A DNA stretch of 64,000 nucleotides, from NCBI GenBank assembly GCA_964016885.1, contig OZ024741.1, forward strand, positions 386,198,001 to 386,262,000, read 5' to 3'. Below the pieces are notes generated by a model, which made no database searches, was not told the DNA's origin, and saw nothing but the letters and a program-made list of their open reading frames with translations. This document shows, piece by piece, positions 25,601-37,509 of this stretch. Source of the stretch: Eledone cirrhosa. Lineage: Eukaryota. Position 1 is the first letter of the stretch. Each line of letters starts with the position of its first letter. The position numbers were made by a program, and so were the translations under genes.

Positions 25601-26479
25601 TTTTGGGAAACAAAGTCTTAAGACTATTACCATTATATCAAAGTCTTAAAACTTACATATATTACATTGTAGTTATCACAAAGTCATATGACAAGGACCA
25701 TAAAAATTTCCTCTTAAACGTGTTATATTTATAAAATATCCATAAAAACATGTTGTATTCACACGTCTCTTAAGACTCTGATATTGCTGTAATGAATTTA
25801 TAAAATTGTGTTATATTAATAAGGCCACTGAAGGATATTGGCACAACCTCTTCTTCCAGACTAAACAGATAAAAGAAAAGATAGAGTAAATTTTCTATAA
25901 AATACCCATCACCTAGTTATGTTTGACATTTTTTACCACCCATTTTATTATTGTGGGCTTTCAAATAATCTGACCTCCAAAAGCATTGCCAACAACTTTT
26001 ATCTGAAAAGGGGGAGGGGTGTCCCCAAAGTTTCCTTTTGGAGGATTTGCTTTTCTTTTCCATGTTATTTCACATGTTTTCAATGAATTTGACTTCAAAA
26101 TCTGGAAAAAATGACACCTTTTCATTCAAAAGCTGCTATTTCTAACATGTCAAGTTATCACATAGCAGCTCCCTTTAAAAAAAAAACAAATCTGTCTTCT
26201 GTTCTGTTAGAAATTTGTTTCCCCTCATTTTTTCATGTGTTTTCAACTAATTTGACCTTAAAAAATGACCCTAACCCCCACCCCCCCAAAAAAAAATTCT
26301 CTGAAAGAGGGTGGGAAACTCTGAGGTCCTGCTGCTCCTTTTTATCTATTCCAGAAAAAAAGTCATTTGTAACGCTTTTGGAGGGATGTTTTATTGATAG
26401 TTTACCAAAAATAGTCTTATATTGTTTTGTATATATAACAGAACTGTTGCTATTTATAAACATTATTCATCATAATAAA

Positions 26480-26700
26480 GGGTGGTGGATTGGCAGTATT
26501 GGTAGAACATCGGACAACATGCTTTGTGGCATATAGATACAGCTCTTTATGTTCTGAGTTCTAATCCAACCAAAGTTAGCTTTGTCTTTCATCCTTACAG
26601 GGCCAATAAAATACAGCACCAGTAACACATTAGGATCGATTTAATTGACTTTCTCTTACCCCAAATTTATTGGCCTTGTGTCTAAATCAGAAACCATTAT
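26480..26700 (+). mobile_element. SINE of the (ATT)n-tailed family, degenerate
   Basis: GGTGGATTGGCAGTATTGGTAGA head, CTTTCATCCTTACAGGG central box, GGCCTTGTG..AGAAACCATTATT tail. Confidence 0.7.
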
Positions 26701-26974
26701 TCACTATTATAGATCCTTTGTTGTGTTTATAGGAAATGTGAAAAAGCTACTTCAGATGGTTATCTTTCGACTGGTGAAGTTAGATATTTTCAAGGAACTG
26801 CTCGGACACTTACACCATTTAGTAAGTATCAATGTTGTTTAACATTTAAACCAGCCATATCTGGCCAGAATTCTCTCATTTCGTTCTGTTCAAACCAACC
26901 ATAACTGGCTGCTCATACTTATGTTAAGGTATTGTTCTCAAAATAAATAATATCAAAATCTTGTAGATTTGATA

Positions 26975-27162
26975 TAATTGTTTCTACTTTTGGCACAAGG
27001 CCAGCAATTATCCCAGTGTATTACTGGCACTTTATTTTATCGACCCCGTAAGGATGAAAGGCAAAGTTAACCTTGGCGGGATTTGAACTCAGACCATAAA
27101 AGGCCGTAACTCTTTGCTGCAAAGCATGGCGTCTGACCCTCTACCGATACTGACAATCCACC
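26975..27162 (-). mobile_element. SINE of the (ATT)n-tailed family
   Basis: Reverse complement of 27425-27612. The central GCCTTTCATCCTTACGGGGTCGATAAAATAAAGTRCCAG resembles the Meta-SINE conserved box (from memory). Confidence 0.8.
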
Positions 27163-27424
27163 TTGATATAATGTGAGATAAAGTGTTTACAGTGAAAATA
27201 CAATAGTAAATATAGGATAATGTAAATGCTAAAGGGTTAAGTTTAACTTTGGTTGTTTCCAATCCAATCCAGGTCCTTCTCATTCCTGTTGGAGGAACCC
27301 GTTCCTGGTTGAACTCTACTGCTTTCTGTTTGGTTTTGCTCATGTTAGGGGTGTAGCTGTACTCACAACCCTTGACCAATTATGGGTTGGTGGAGTTATT
27401 TAACCCATATCATCATTATCATTT

Positions 27425-27612
27425 TGATTGGCAGTATCAGTAGAGGGTTGGACGCCATGCTTTGCAACATAGAGTTACGTCCTTTTACGATCTGAGTTCA
27501 AATCCTGCCGAGGTTAACTTTGCCTTTCATCCTTACAGGGTCGATAAAATAAAGTACCAGTAATGTACTGGGATAATTGCTGGCCTTGTGCCAAAAGTAG
27601 AAACAATTATCA
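27425..27612 (+). mobile_element. SINE of the (ATT)n-tailed family
   Basis: TGGCAGTATCAGTAGAG A-box-like, GAGTTCAAATCC B-box, central box, GGCCTTGTGCCAAAAGTAGAAACAATTAT tail. Confidence 0.8.
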
Positions 27613-27889
27613 TTTGTAGTAGTAGTAGTAGTAGTAATGGTAATGGTAGTAGTAGTGGTGGTAGTAGTAGTAGTTGTAGTAGTGGTGGTAGTAGTAGTAG
27701 TAATGGTAGTGGTAGTAGTTGTAGTAGTGGTGGTAGCAGTAATAGTGGTAATGGTAGTAGGAGTGGTGGTGGTTGTAGTAGTAATAGTAACAACAGCAAT
27801 AGCAGTAACTTTGGGATTGATTGACAAGATCAATCTTTTACTAAGGGGTGTGGAACTCATGAAACTGGACCAAGGAAATAATGTTTCCA

Positions 27890-28060
27890 TTCATCTTTCC
27901 ATTGCTGATACTATCTACCTGTCACAACTCCTGGCAGAAAGAGCAACATGAAATAAAGTGTCTTGCTCAAGGACATAATGCATCACCTGCTTCGAGAATC
28001 GAACTTGCAACCTCACGATTGTGCATCCAATTCCCTAACCATTAAGCCATGTGACTTCAC
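27890..28060 (-). mobile_element. tRNA/CORE SINE 5' half
   Basis: Reverse complement gives CATGGCTTAATGGTTAGG...GTTCGATTC...CCTTGAGCAAGACACTTTATTTCA. Confidence 0.7.
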
Positions 28061-28279
28061 ATAGCAGTAACTAGATAGCTAAATAATCCCTTTTTTCTTT
28101 GATAGCTGGACCTTACGAAAATATAGTGTTTCCAGAAGACCTGTCTCTGTTAGATTGCATGCTGTGTGGAGGTAAATCCCTAAATTTAAAAGTAAGACAT
28201 ATATTTGACATCTTTTTTACATTTAAGCTGCAGTCAACATATCCTCTATGTTTGTGTTCTTTTATTTATTTTTAAAAGT

Positions 28280-28670
28280 TTGGCGAATACAAGCAGCCAA
28301 CATGGGATTTCTCTGGAGGGTCTTTGGAGTAACGTTACTCAATAGAGTGTATAGATCGGAGATTGGAGAGTCGCTCCAGAGCCACTGCTTCTCTGAATTG
28401 AGAGATCAGAGTTCCAATATTATGGGCATGTGATTAGAATGTCTCAGGAAAGAATTGCTAGACAGATTTTACAGGCTAAACCAACCAGCATCAGCCCCTG
28501 GGGTAGACCCCAAGTACAATGATTGGATAACATCCATGAGCTCAGTTGATCTCATTTGGGAATCCAGCTGGATCAATTGGAGATGGTTGTTTCTGACAAG
28601 ACCTACTGGAAGCAGTGTTTAAGAATTCTGCTGCCATGATCCTCCTAAGAATAAGTGGGCTTATAAGAAA
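28280..28670 (+). mobile_element. 3' remnant of the second RTE-type family
   Basis: RIQAANMGFLWRVFGVTLLNRV...YYGHVIRM...GRP. Homologous to 4620-4925. Confidence 0.7.
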
Positions 28671-28677
28671 AAGAAAG

Positions 28678-29010
28678 TTGATTAAATCGACCCCAGTATA
28701 TTACAGATACTTTATTTTATTGACCCCATATGAATGGAAGGTAAAGCTAACCTTGGTGGGATTTGAGCTCGGACCATAAGGAATCTTAACTCTATGCTGC
28801 AAAGCATGGCATCCGTTGCTCTACCAGTTCTGCCAATAATAATGATTTCTACTATAAGTACAAGGCCAGCAATTTTGGAGGAGGGGAAAGTCGTTTAAAT
28901 CGACCCCAGTGTATTACTGGTGTTTTATTTTATTGACCCCGTAAGGATGAAAGGCAAAGCCAGAGCATAAAGGGACGTAACTCTATGTCACAAAACATAT
29001 TGTCCAACAT
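28678..29010 (-). mobile_element. Two degenerate tandem copies of the (ATT)n-tailed SINE
   Basis: TTTTATTGACCCC..GATGAAAGGCAAAG boxes at ~28715 and ~28930. Confidence 0.65.
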
Positions 29011-29029
29011 AATAATAACATATATTTTT

Positions 29030-29700
29030 TTATGGATGTGTAATATTAATATACATGAACGGCAAAACATAAATGAACTGAGAGAGAAACTGGGTATAAG
29101 TGGGATCAGATGCAGTATGCAGGAGAGGAAATTGTGTTGGTATGGACATGTGATGTGTATGTAGGATGACAGCTGTATAAAAAGGTGCATAGCACTCAAA
29201 GATGATGAACACTATGGAATAGAAAGACTTGGGATGAGGTGATAAAAGCTGACCTTGCACAATTGCACCTTTCAAAGGTGATAACACAGGATCTAGATCT
29301 TTGGCATTAGGCAATAATATAGATGACCCTCACTTCCTATGTGCACGGGTTGAAGCATACATTTTGTACACATTACTTTCCCTCTCTCCCTTCCATACAC
29401 CTCCACGTCCCTCCCCCTCTTACACTTCCCATGTCCTAAAACTCCACCTACATCCTAACACTCCACCCCGTCACACATGCCTCTAGATCTACCACCACCC
29501 ACCCAAGTTACCAGCAAACACTGTAAATGCAGTTGGTGTTAGGAAGGGCATCCAGCTATAGAAGCCAAGCCAAAACCAGTTCTGTATGAGCAAGACATGC
29601 TCTTTGGATCTGACTAATCTCACAATGAGACAACTTGTCTAACTCATGTTAGCATGGAAAAATGGACATTAAACGGTGATGATGATGATTATGATGACGA
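29030..29700 (+). mobile_element. Old RTE LINE 3' remnant
   Basis: ELREKLGI...WYGHVM plus UTR GGTGTTAGGAAGGGCATCCAGCT and an ATG tail. Confidence 0.8.
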
Positions 29701-29715
29701 TATATATATATATAT

Positions 29716-29716
<1 letters not shown>

Positions 29717-29749
<33 letters not shown>

Positions 29750-30497
29750 CCGTTTTATGTCCGTTCTTCCATGCTAGCATGGGTTAGATGGGTTGTCCTG
29801 TTGTGGGCAGTGTCTGGTAGGCTGACCATGCCTTGCTCACACAGGAACTGATTTTGGCTTGATTTCTACAGCTGGATGCCCTTCCTAACACCAACCTCAT
29901 TTACAGTGAGTGCTGGGTGCTTTTTTCCATGGCGCCTACATGTCCACTTTACAGTGTGGGCTGGGTGCTTTTTTGCCGTGGCATCTCCACGACCACTTTG
30001 CAGTGGGAGGGTGTGGGGGCATATTGTCTATATGCTTCAGATTGTACCCATGGGAGGTCGGGTACTCTGTATTACTGCGTGACGCCAGAGGTCACGGTTG
30101 TGTGTCATCGCCTTTGAGAGGTGCAACTGGGTAAGGTCGGCCACTATCACCTCATCCCAGGTCTTCTTGGGTCTCCCCACTACGCGGCTTCCATTGACTT
30201 CTAGTGTTCTGCACCTTTTTATGCAGCTGTCATCCTTCATATGCATCACATGTCCATACCAACGCATCCGCCTCCCCTGCACACAGTATTTGATTCCTCT
30301 GATGCTCAGCCTCTCTCTCAATTCATTTATGCTTTGTCGTTCGCGTATATTACTATTACACATCCATCGGAGCATGCAGGCTTCGTTTCTTTCTAATCTA
30401 CGTAAGTCTTTCACCTTCAGCGCCCAGGTCTCACTACCATGTAACATTGCTGTTCGGATACACGCATCATACAATCTGCCTTTCATTTTGAGGGAGA
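29717..30497 (-). mobile_element. Young 5'-truncated RTE LINE, tail-to-tail with 29030-29700
   Basis: ORF 30037-30486 is nearly identical to the C-terminus of 18107-19732. Complete 3'UTR, (ATG)n tail, TA repeats at both ends. Confidence 0.92.
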
Positions 30498-30532
30498 ATA
30501 TATATATAAAATTGCAAGTTTGAAGAATTATT

Positions 30533-30763
30533 AGATAAAATATATCCAGTCTTTCCTCACCCTAGTCCGTAGAAATCAACTAGATAAATAATCAGTTAAA
30601 AGGGCTATAAGTTTAAAATGTAACTATGAAGAAATAATAGACAAACGATACAGACTATTTTCTGTGAGGAACAGTCAGATAAAATTTATCTAGTCTTTCC
30701 CTTTAGCCCGTAGAAATTAACTAGACAAATAATCAATTAAATGGAGCTAAGTCTAAAATGTAA
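30533..30763. repeat. Diverged direct repeat, two ~90 bp units
   Basis: AGATAAAA..AGTCTTTCC..CCGTAGAAAT.AACTAGA.AAATAATCA.TTAAA..AAAATGTAA at 30533-30623 and 30677-30763. Confidence 0.75.
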
Positions 30764-30957
30764 ATATATATGCAGTGAGCTTCTACACAGTTTCTATAAA
30801 CTAGATCTAACCCAGAAAGCATTAGCCAAGGTTATTGTAGAAGATACTTGTCCAAGGTACAATGCTGTGGCATTGAATCTAAAACCACATGGTTGTGAAG
30901 TGAACTTTTTAAGCACGAAGCCATACTTGTGCCTTTATGCATAGATTGGGTGTGGAG

Positions 30958-31252
30958 CAGGGGCATAACTAGGAAAAATAGTGCATATGGCAAGCAGTGA
31001 AATTGCAGCCAGCCCTGCCTAAACTTCAGACACCTATCTTTTAGATAACCATAAAATCAGCTAAAAAATTACAATTGCATTCGTTAATTTTTTAAATCAA
31101 TGCATGAAAATTACAACTGCTAATGATGCAACTTTGTCTTTGATGTGGTCAAAGTTACACTTTAATAGAAAGTGCTCCTAGTTAAAGTAGCACCCCCTTC
31201 AAGTGGCAACGATGACATGTGCCATGCTTGCCATACTCTACTTACTCCTCTG
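30958..31252. mobile_element. Non-autonomous hAT-type DNA transposon (MITE), 295 bp
   Basis: Imperfect TIRs CAGGGGCATAACTAG and (reverse complement) CAGAGGAGTAAGTAG, subterminal TATGGCAAGCA at both ends, 8-bp TSD GTGTGGAG (30950-57) / ATGTGGAG (31253-60). Confidence 0.75.
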
Positions 31253-32009
31253 ATGTGGAGTTATACTTAATTGAGGGATATACTTGCCACATTTGTGATT
31301 GTCACTACCACCAACCCATATCAAATCTTGACCCAAAAGTTGTATCAAGTAATCTATTGTTTATATTACAGGCTCATTTTATCTATAGTCTACCTGACAT
31401 CAGCTTCTTGAAAAATACATTAACCAGCATCAACCTTTCATTCAATCTGTTCACAGTAAGTCTCTTGTTTTGCTTTTTGCTATGTGTATGTCATCATCAT
31501 CATTTTACACTTGCTTTCCACACTGGCATAAGTTGGACAGGTTGTCTCAAGCTGAGACCAGATGAGTCAGGCCATGGTTTCTATGGCTGGATGACATTTC
31601 TAACACCAACTACCTTACAGGCAAAACTGGGTGAATTTTTTCATGGTACTACCACTCCAACTTTACAGAGTGTACTGGGTGTATTTATTTGGATTAAAAT
31701 AAATACAGCATATCCTTGGATGTTGTAAATGGCAACTGAAATGGTCAGCACTAAGAAAAGCACCCATCCATAAAACATTGCCTCGATGACAAGAAGCTTG
31801 TCATGTGACCCACAAGATTAATATCTGATTTATCAGGGAAAATAGTCTTTAAGCAATTATTGTTGTTGTGTTGTTGTTTGCCCAGGCTTTGTGTCTTGGA
31901 GGGGAACTTTCTAGGTGCAAATCCCATGGTTATTTGTGACTGTTTATCTTTATCTCTACACAAGAGGTGCAGTAGTCAGTAGTCAGATTCCCAATAAAAT
32001 AATATATTT

Positions 32010-32264
32010 CTTCTGCTTGGAAGGCTCCATAGAAGTCATTGATAGCTTCTACTACCTAGATGACCTAATTAGCAGTCTGAGAGCATTGTAGCTAGAATAA
32101 GAACAGGGTGGAAAAAGTTCAGGAAGTTCTCTCTGCTGGGTATAGGCAATATCTCTCCAAGCGAAAGGTAGATAGCGCAATGTTGCTAGTAATAAGGCAC
32201 AGTGGGCCCTTTATGCAGAGAATTTATGAAGAATAGAAAGTGAGCATGCTTCACTAGATGTGTA

Positions 32265-32342
<78 letters not shown>

Positions 32343-33813
32343 GTAGGTGTCCATCAGGGCTTTGCCCTTAGCCCTCTCCTGTTTATTATCGTCTTACAGG
32401 CTATAACAGAAGTGTTTAAGGCTGGCTGCTCATGGGAACCTCTGTTTGCAGATGATATGATCTAACCCTTATAGCTGAAATTATGGCAGAATTAGAGAAG
32501 AAATTCCAAACCTGGAAGCATGGCTTAGAATAAAAAGGTGTTAAAGTTAACTTGTCAAAGACTAAAGTCCTAGTATGAAGAAAGGAAAACAGGGCCCAAA
32601 TTCCTGCAAGGAAATGGCCTTGCTCAGTGAGCAGGAAAGGAATAGGTATAAATCAAATTTTATGCCTCAAATACAAGCTATGGTTACACAAAAGATATAG
32701 TGAGATCACAGGTAGGTTATAAAAAAAATGCAGGTTTTATGTGGCCAATGCACAGGTGCAGTAAGTAGCAAAAGCCCACAGGATACTAGCTCATTCAAAT
32801 GCCTAGAGGGCTCTGTAGAAATAGTTGACAGTTTCTGTTACCTGAGTGACCGAATTAGCATTGAAGGAGGATATTTACTACTGCTGCTAGCTACAAAAAG
32901 TTTTTCTCTCAAAATGAAGGGAAGATTGTATGATACATGTATATGATCAGCAATGTTGCATGGTAGTGAGACCTGAGCACTGTGTGCAGATGACCTATGA
33001 AGATTGGAAAGAAATGAAGCTTGCATACTCTGATGGATGTGTAACAGTAATATATATGAATGGCAAAGCGTAAATGAACTAAGTGAGAAACTGGGAATAA
33101 AATGGATCAGAGGCAGTGTACAAGAGGGGAGAATGCATTGGTATGGACATGTGATGCGTATGAAGGATGACAGCTATATAAAAAAGTGCAGGGCAATCAA
33201 ATTTGATGGAAGCTATGTTCTATGGAGTAGGAAGACCCAGGATGACCTGGGAGGAGGTGATAAAAGCTGACCTTGCACAATTGCACCTCTCAAAGGTGAT
33301 GGCACAAGATTGAGATCTTTGGTGTTATGCAGTATTACAGAAGATCTGCCTTTCTATGCGCACAAGTTGAAGTATACATCTAGTATGCACCATTTAACCC
33401 CCCTCCCCCTTTCCATACACCTCACACGCCCTAATTACCCCACCCTTCTCTCTTGCCTTTACTCTCCCTGCTCCAGTTCCCAGTCCACTCTGTAAAGTGG
33501 TTGTTTGGGTGCCATGACAAAACGTGCCCCACCCACACTGTAAAGTGTTCATTACAGTGCCACAATAAAAGGCACCCAGTCGACACTGTAAAGTGGTTGG
33601 GTAGGTGTCATGACAAAAAGCACCTATCACACATTGCAAATGTGGTTGGCATTAGGAAGGGTATCCAACAATAGAAACCAAGCCAAAAATAGTTTTGTAT
33701 GAGCAAGACATGGTCATCTGACCTGAATTGACTCAAATAGGATAACCTGTCTAACCCATGCTAGCATGGATGGAAAATAAGCATTAAATGCTGATGATGA
33801 GGATGATGATGAT
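32010..33813 (+). mobile_element. Two decayed RTE fragments separated by (TG)n at 32268-32339
   Basis: QVGVHQGFALSPLLF, FADD, decayed PHD region, DSFCYL, WYGHVMRM, UTR repeats, ATG tail. Confidence 0.88.
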
Positions 33814-34238
33814 GGCCACTCAAGGAGGTGGGTGCTATATTCTACATCAAATGTAAAATCCTAGAGAATCAAAACCATATGTAAATGGATGAAAGACATG
33901 CAGATTATGCATTGACAAAAGATCATATATATTAGAGAGGCAGCACAAGAGCACATGCCATAACACTAGGGTAGATTTTTTCAACCACTGTCCTCATATT
34001 ACAAAACTTTCGCTACTTCTGTGAATAATCCATCCAGTTCAAAAATATTTCTCCTCACATCATAACCATACACGAGTTGATAATCTTTTTTGGTGAAACA
34101 CGTGTTCTGAAAGTATGGTTTGGTAATTGTTATGAAATTAACTCTATACCAAACTTGTTCTTTGGAGTGAGTACTCTACCAACTTTGGATATAACCTTCT
34201 GATTTTTCACTATGCTATATATATATATATATATATAT

Positions 34239-34631
34239 AATTCAAGAGATAAGAGTAGCATGGTTGTCTGTACAATAAGGGCTTTATTCACAGTGCTGAC
34301 AATTGTTTCTTTGATCTGGTAAGTCTAGAGTTCGCTAATCGCTAGATGTTGTGTCAATCGAACTCCATTACTTTGAAACAATCAGATCAAAGAAACAATT
34401 GTCAGCTCTGTGAATAAAGCCCTTATTGTACAGACAACCATGTTACTCTTATCTCTTGAATTATTATTACTCCAAGTATAACCTACATAGAAATCACCGT
34501 GAACTCACTGCATCACTATGGAAGCATCTTGTTGAGTCAAACTAAGCCATACGTTAATACCATCCACAACATGGAGTACTCTAACTGGGCTACCTCTAAA
34601 TGGATTGCCTATAACGATAACTTGTTATCCC

Positions 34632-34632
<1 letters not shown>
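34239..34632. mobile_element. Fold-back insert in (TA)n, putative inverted Penelope pLTR remnant (family B)
   Basis: ~80-bp inverted arms 34239-34318 / 34383-34462, with the right arm extended ~170 bp. Arms contain GAAACAATTGTC followed by AATAAA. Confidence 0.6.
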
Positions 34633-34683
<51 letters not shown>

Positions 34684-34684
<1 letters not shown>

Positions 34685-34900
34685 ATTATCAAAGCCAGTC
34701 ACTACAATGCCACCATACCAGGAATGTACGTTTCATTGGACCGAAGGCTCAATTTCTTCAACCTGTGTCGATTGGCACAAGTTGAACAAGCTCCTGGTAT
34801 GGAGCTGTTGTAATAACTGGCCTTAATAATTATATAAAAACTCGTCCCACGGACTTGAGTTGTTCTATGCCTTGGATATCTTTACCAAACTATTATCACT
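34684..34900. mobile_element. Older fold-back insert in (TA)n with hammerhead-like motif (family C)
   Basis: Imperfect arms 34684-34723 / 34792-34831. Minus strand 34727-34761 reads TTGAAGA-A-ATTG(agccttcggtc)CAAT-GAAA-CG-TA. Confidence 0.55.
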
Positions 34901-34994
34901 ATATATATACATACCGCGTTAGTTCAGACCTAGCTGTCGAAATGGCTGGAAGCTCAGCCGTTGGGGTCCTGACTCTTTTCCTATATATATATAT

Positions 34995-35093
<99 letters not shown>

Positions 35094-35133
35094 TCCGAAA
35101 TATTAACAAAATAGATATTCTTGTGATCAAGTA

Positions 35134-35200
35134 TATTTTATTATACATATTTCAGAGGTACTGAGTTAAGTTCAACAGTACATCCTCACCAGATAAAATA
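35134..35200 (-). ncRNA. Type-I hammerhead ribozyme motif with one core substitution (CUGGUGA)
   Basis: TATTTTAT-CTGGTGA-GGATGTACTG(12 nt)CAGTACCTCT-GAAA-TATGTA-TA-ATAAAATA. 8-bp stem I, stem II 9 of 10 paired, AUA site. Lies in a TA-flanked insert at 35091-35370. Confidence 0.6.
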
Positions 35201-35365
35201 AGATGATGCATGACATACCCTGACATAGTAGATGGTTAAGATTCAGTCATGGTAGTTAATATTTTAATTAATATTAATAACTCTGGAAAAACCTTAACTG
35301 TTGAGTGCTTCCAATCTATTGTAAAACACATTCTTTGATGTATTCATTGAACCTTGTTTAACTTT

Positions 35366-35399
<34 letters not shown>

Positions 35400-35451
35400 A
35401 ACCAGTAAGACCCCGACGGCTGAGCTCAAGCCGTTTCGTTATATATATATA

Positions 35452-35968
35452 TCATCATCATCATCATCATCAACGTTTAACGTCCGTGTTCCACGCTTGC
35501 ATGGGTTTGGACGGGGGTAATCCCACTTGAGGCAAGAGTGATTGTCTTGCTCGCATAGGACTGTCTGGCAGGTTTTCTACAGTTGGATGCCCTTCCTAAC
35601 ACCAACCACATTTACAGTGTGGGTCTGGGAGGTTTTTACCGTGTTGCCTACACGGCCACATTACAGCGTGGACTGTGTGTTTTTTTGTCGTGACACCTAC
35701 ACGATCTCATTTGTTTCGGCCTGGATGGCGCGGCACCAACATAACTTTACATAGAACGGGGTGGTGTGGATGGGGTGGAGGTGGTGGTGGTGGGACGGGG
35801 TGTATTTTGTTAGAGATGCCTACTGGCTGGAGTAGGTTTTACTATATATTTAGGTAAGGCGGGTCTTCTCTGTTACTGAGTACCGCCAAAGGTCTCGGTC
35901 CAGTGACATTGTCTTGGAGAGGTGTAAGTGTGTGATGTCGGAGTTTATCAGCTCGTCCCAGGTTTTTC
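35452..35968 (-). mobile_element. RTE LINE 3' end (KTWDELINSD...) with UTR and (ATG)n tail, inside (TA)n
   Basis: Shares GGATGCCCTTCCTAACACCAACC and the TTTACAGTGTGG units with the other RTE UTRs. Confidence 0.8.
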
Positions 35969-36048
35969 TATATATATATATATATACACATATATATATA
36001 TAGAGATAAATATAGATACACGGGTGTGTATGATTGTGTATAGAAGAT

Positions 36049-36222
36049 TATATTAATAAAAGGAATTCCAACTTTGTTTGATTTACTCGTTTTATTTACA
36101 ATCCCTTAAAATTTATAATGGTATTAGAATGAAATAGTATGGTAGAATACCATTATAAATTTAAAGGGATTGTAAATAAAACGAGTAAATCAGACAAAGT
36201 TGGAATTCCTTTTATTAATATA
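36049..36222. repeat. Fold-back insert, ~77-bp arms and 20-bp spacer, adjoining (TA)n
   Basis: 36049-36125 is the near-perfect reverse complement of 36146-36222 (about 2 mismatches). Confidence 0.85.
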
Positions 36223-36226
36223 TATA

Positions 36227-36572
<346 letters not shown>

Positions 36573-36811
36573 ATATATATATATATATATATATATTTCG
36601 TTTCTGAATTTGTTTAGCAAGATTCTTTATCTGAAATCGTGTGTTGAAACCGATATTGTTATACTTTGGGAGGGTCATGTTGCCAATAAGAAACACACGC
36701 ACCAGTTGCTTTCACTTCAATTTAATTTAATATATATTTATAAATTTACAAATTTATAAATTTCTGGTTGGTTGGTTGGTTCCACAACCAGATAGTTGTT
36801 TATATATATAT

Positions 36812-36856
36812 AGTCATAGTTCTTTCGTCACACACTCTGTGACCTCTTCAGTGACT
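36812..36856 (-). ncRNA. Minimal type-I hammerhead ribozyme motif
   Basis: AGTCA-CTGAAGA-G-GTCACA(gagtg)TGTGAC-GAAA-GAAC-TA-TGACT. Perfect 5-bp stem I, 6-bp stem II, CUA site. Confidence 0.78.
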
Positions 36857-37464
36857 GGGGATTTCTTTCTTCGTTTCTGTGCCTTTCCTTTCTTCTATCC
36901 TACGCCATTTTGTTTGTGTATGGGTTGCGTGCTCAGTTTGCGCATGCGCCACATCCGGGTGTCTGTGTGTGTTTGTGTTCATTTTTCTATTTTTCTATTT
37001 ATATTTGTTTGTTTATTTATTTATTTATTGTTGGTTGGTTGTTTGTTCTATGTGTGTGTGTGTTTTCATTTTGTGTGTGTTTTCAATTGTAAGTTATTTG
37101 TTCTATGTGTGTGTGTGTTTTCATTTTGTCCTTAATTGTAAGTTGTGATGTTGCAACTTACAATTAAGGACAAAATGAAAACACACACACACATAGAACA
37201 AACAACTTACAATTGAAAACACACACAAAATGAAAACACACACAAGACAAAATGAAAACACACACACACATAGAACAAACAACCAACCAACAATAAATAA
37301 ATAAATAAACAAACAAATATAAATAGAAAAATAGAAAAATGAACACAAACACACACAGACACCCGGATGTGGCGCATGCGCAAACTGAGCACGCAACCCA
37401 CACACAAACAAAATGGCGTAGGATAGAAGAAAGGAAAGGCACAGAAACGAAGAAAGAAATCCCC

Positions 37465-37509
37465 ACTCACTGAAGAGGTCACAGAGTGTGTGACGAAAGA
37501 ACTATGACT
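37465..37509 (+). ncRNA. Minimal type-I hammerhead ribozyme motif (mirror copy)
   Basis: ACTCA-CTGAAGA-G-GTCACA(gagtg)TGTGAC-GAAA-GAAC-TA-TGACT, with one stem I mismatch relative to the left-arm copy. Confidence 0.72.

Noticed and set aside
36049-36222. Hammerhead or pre-miRNA in this hairpin
   Set aside because: No CUGAnGA or GAAA..UH arrangement is present. The near-perfect AT-rich arms next to (TA)n fit a fold-back insert better than a miRNA precursor.
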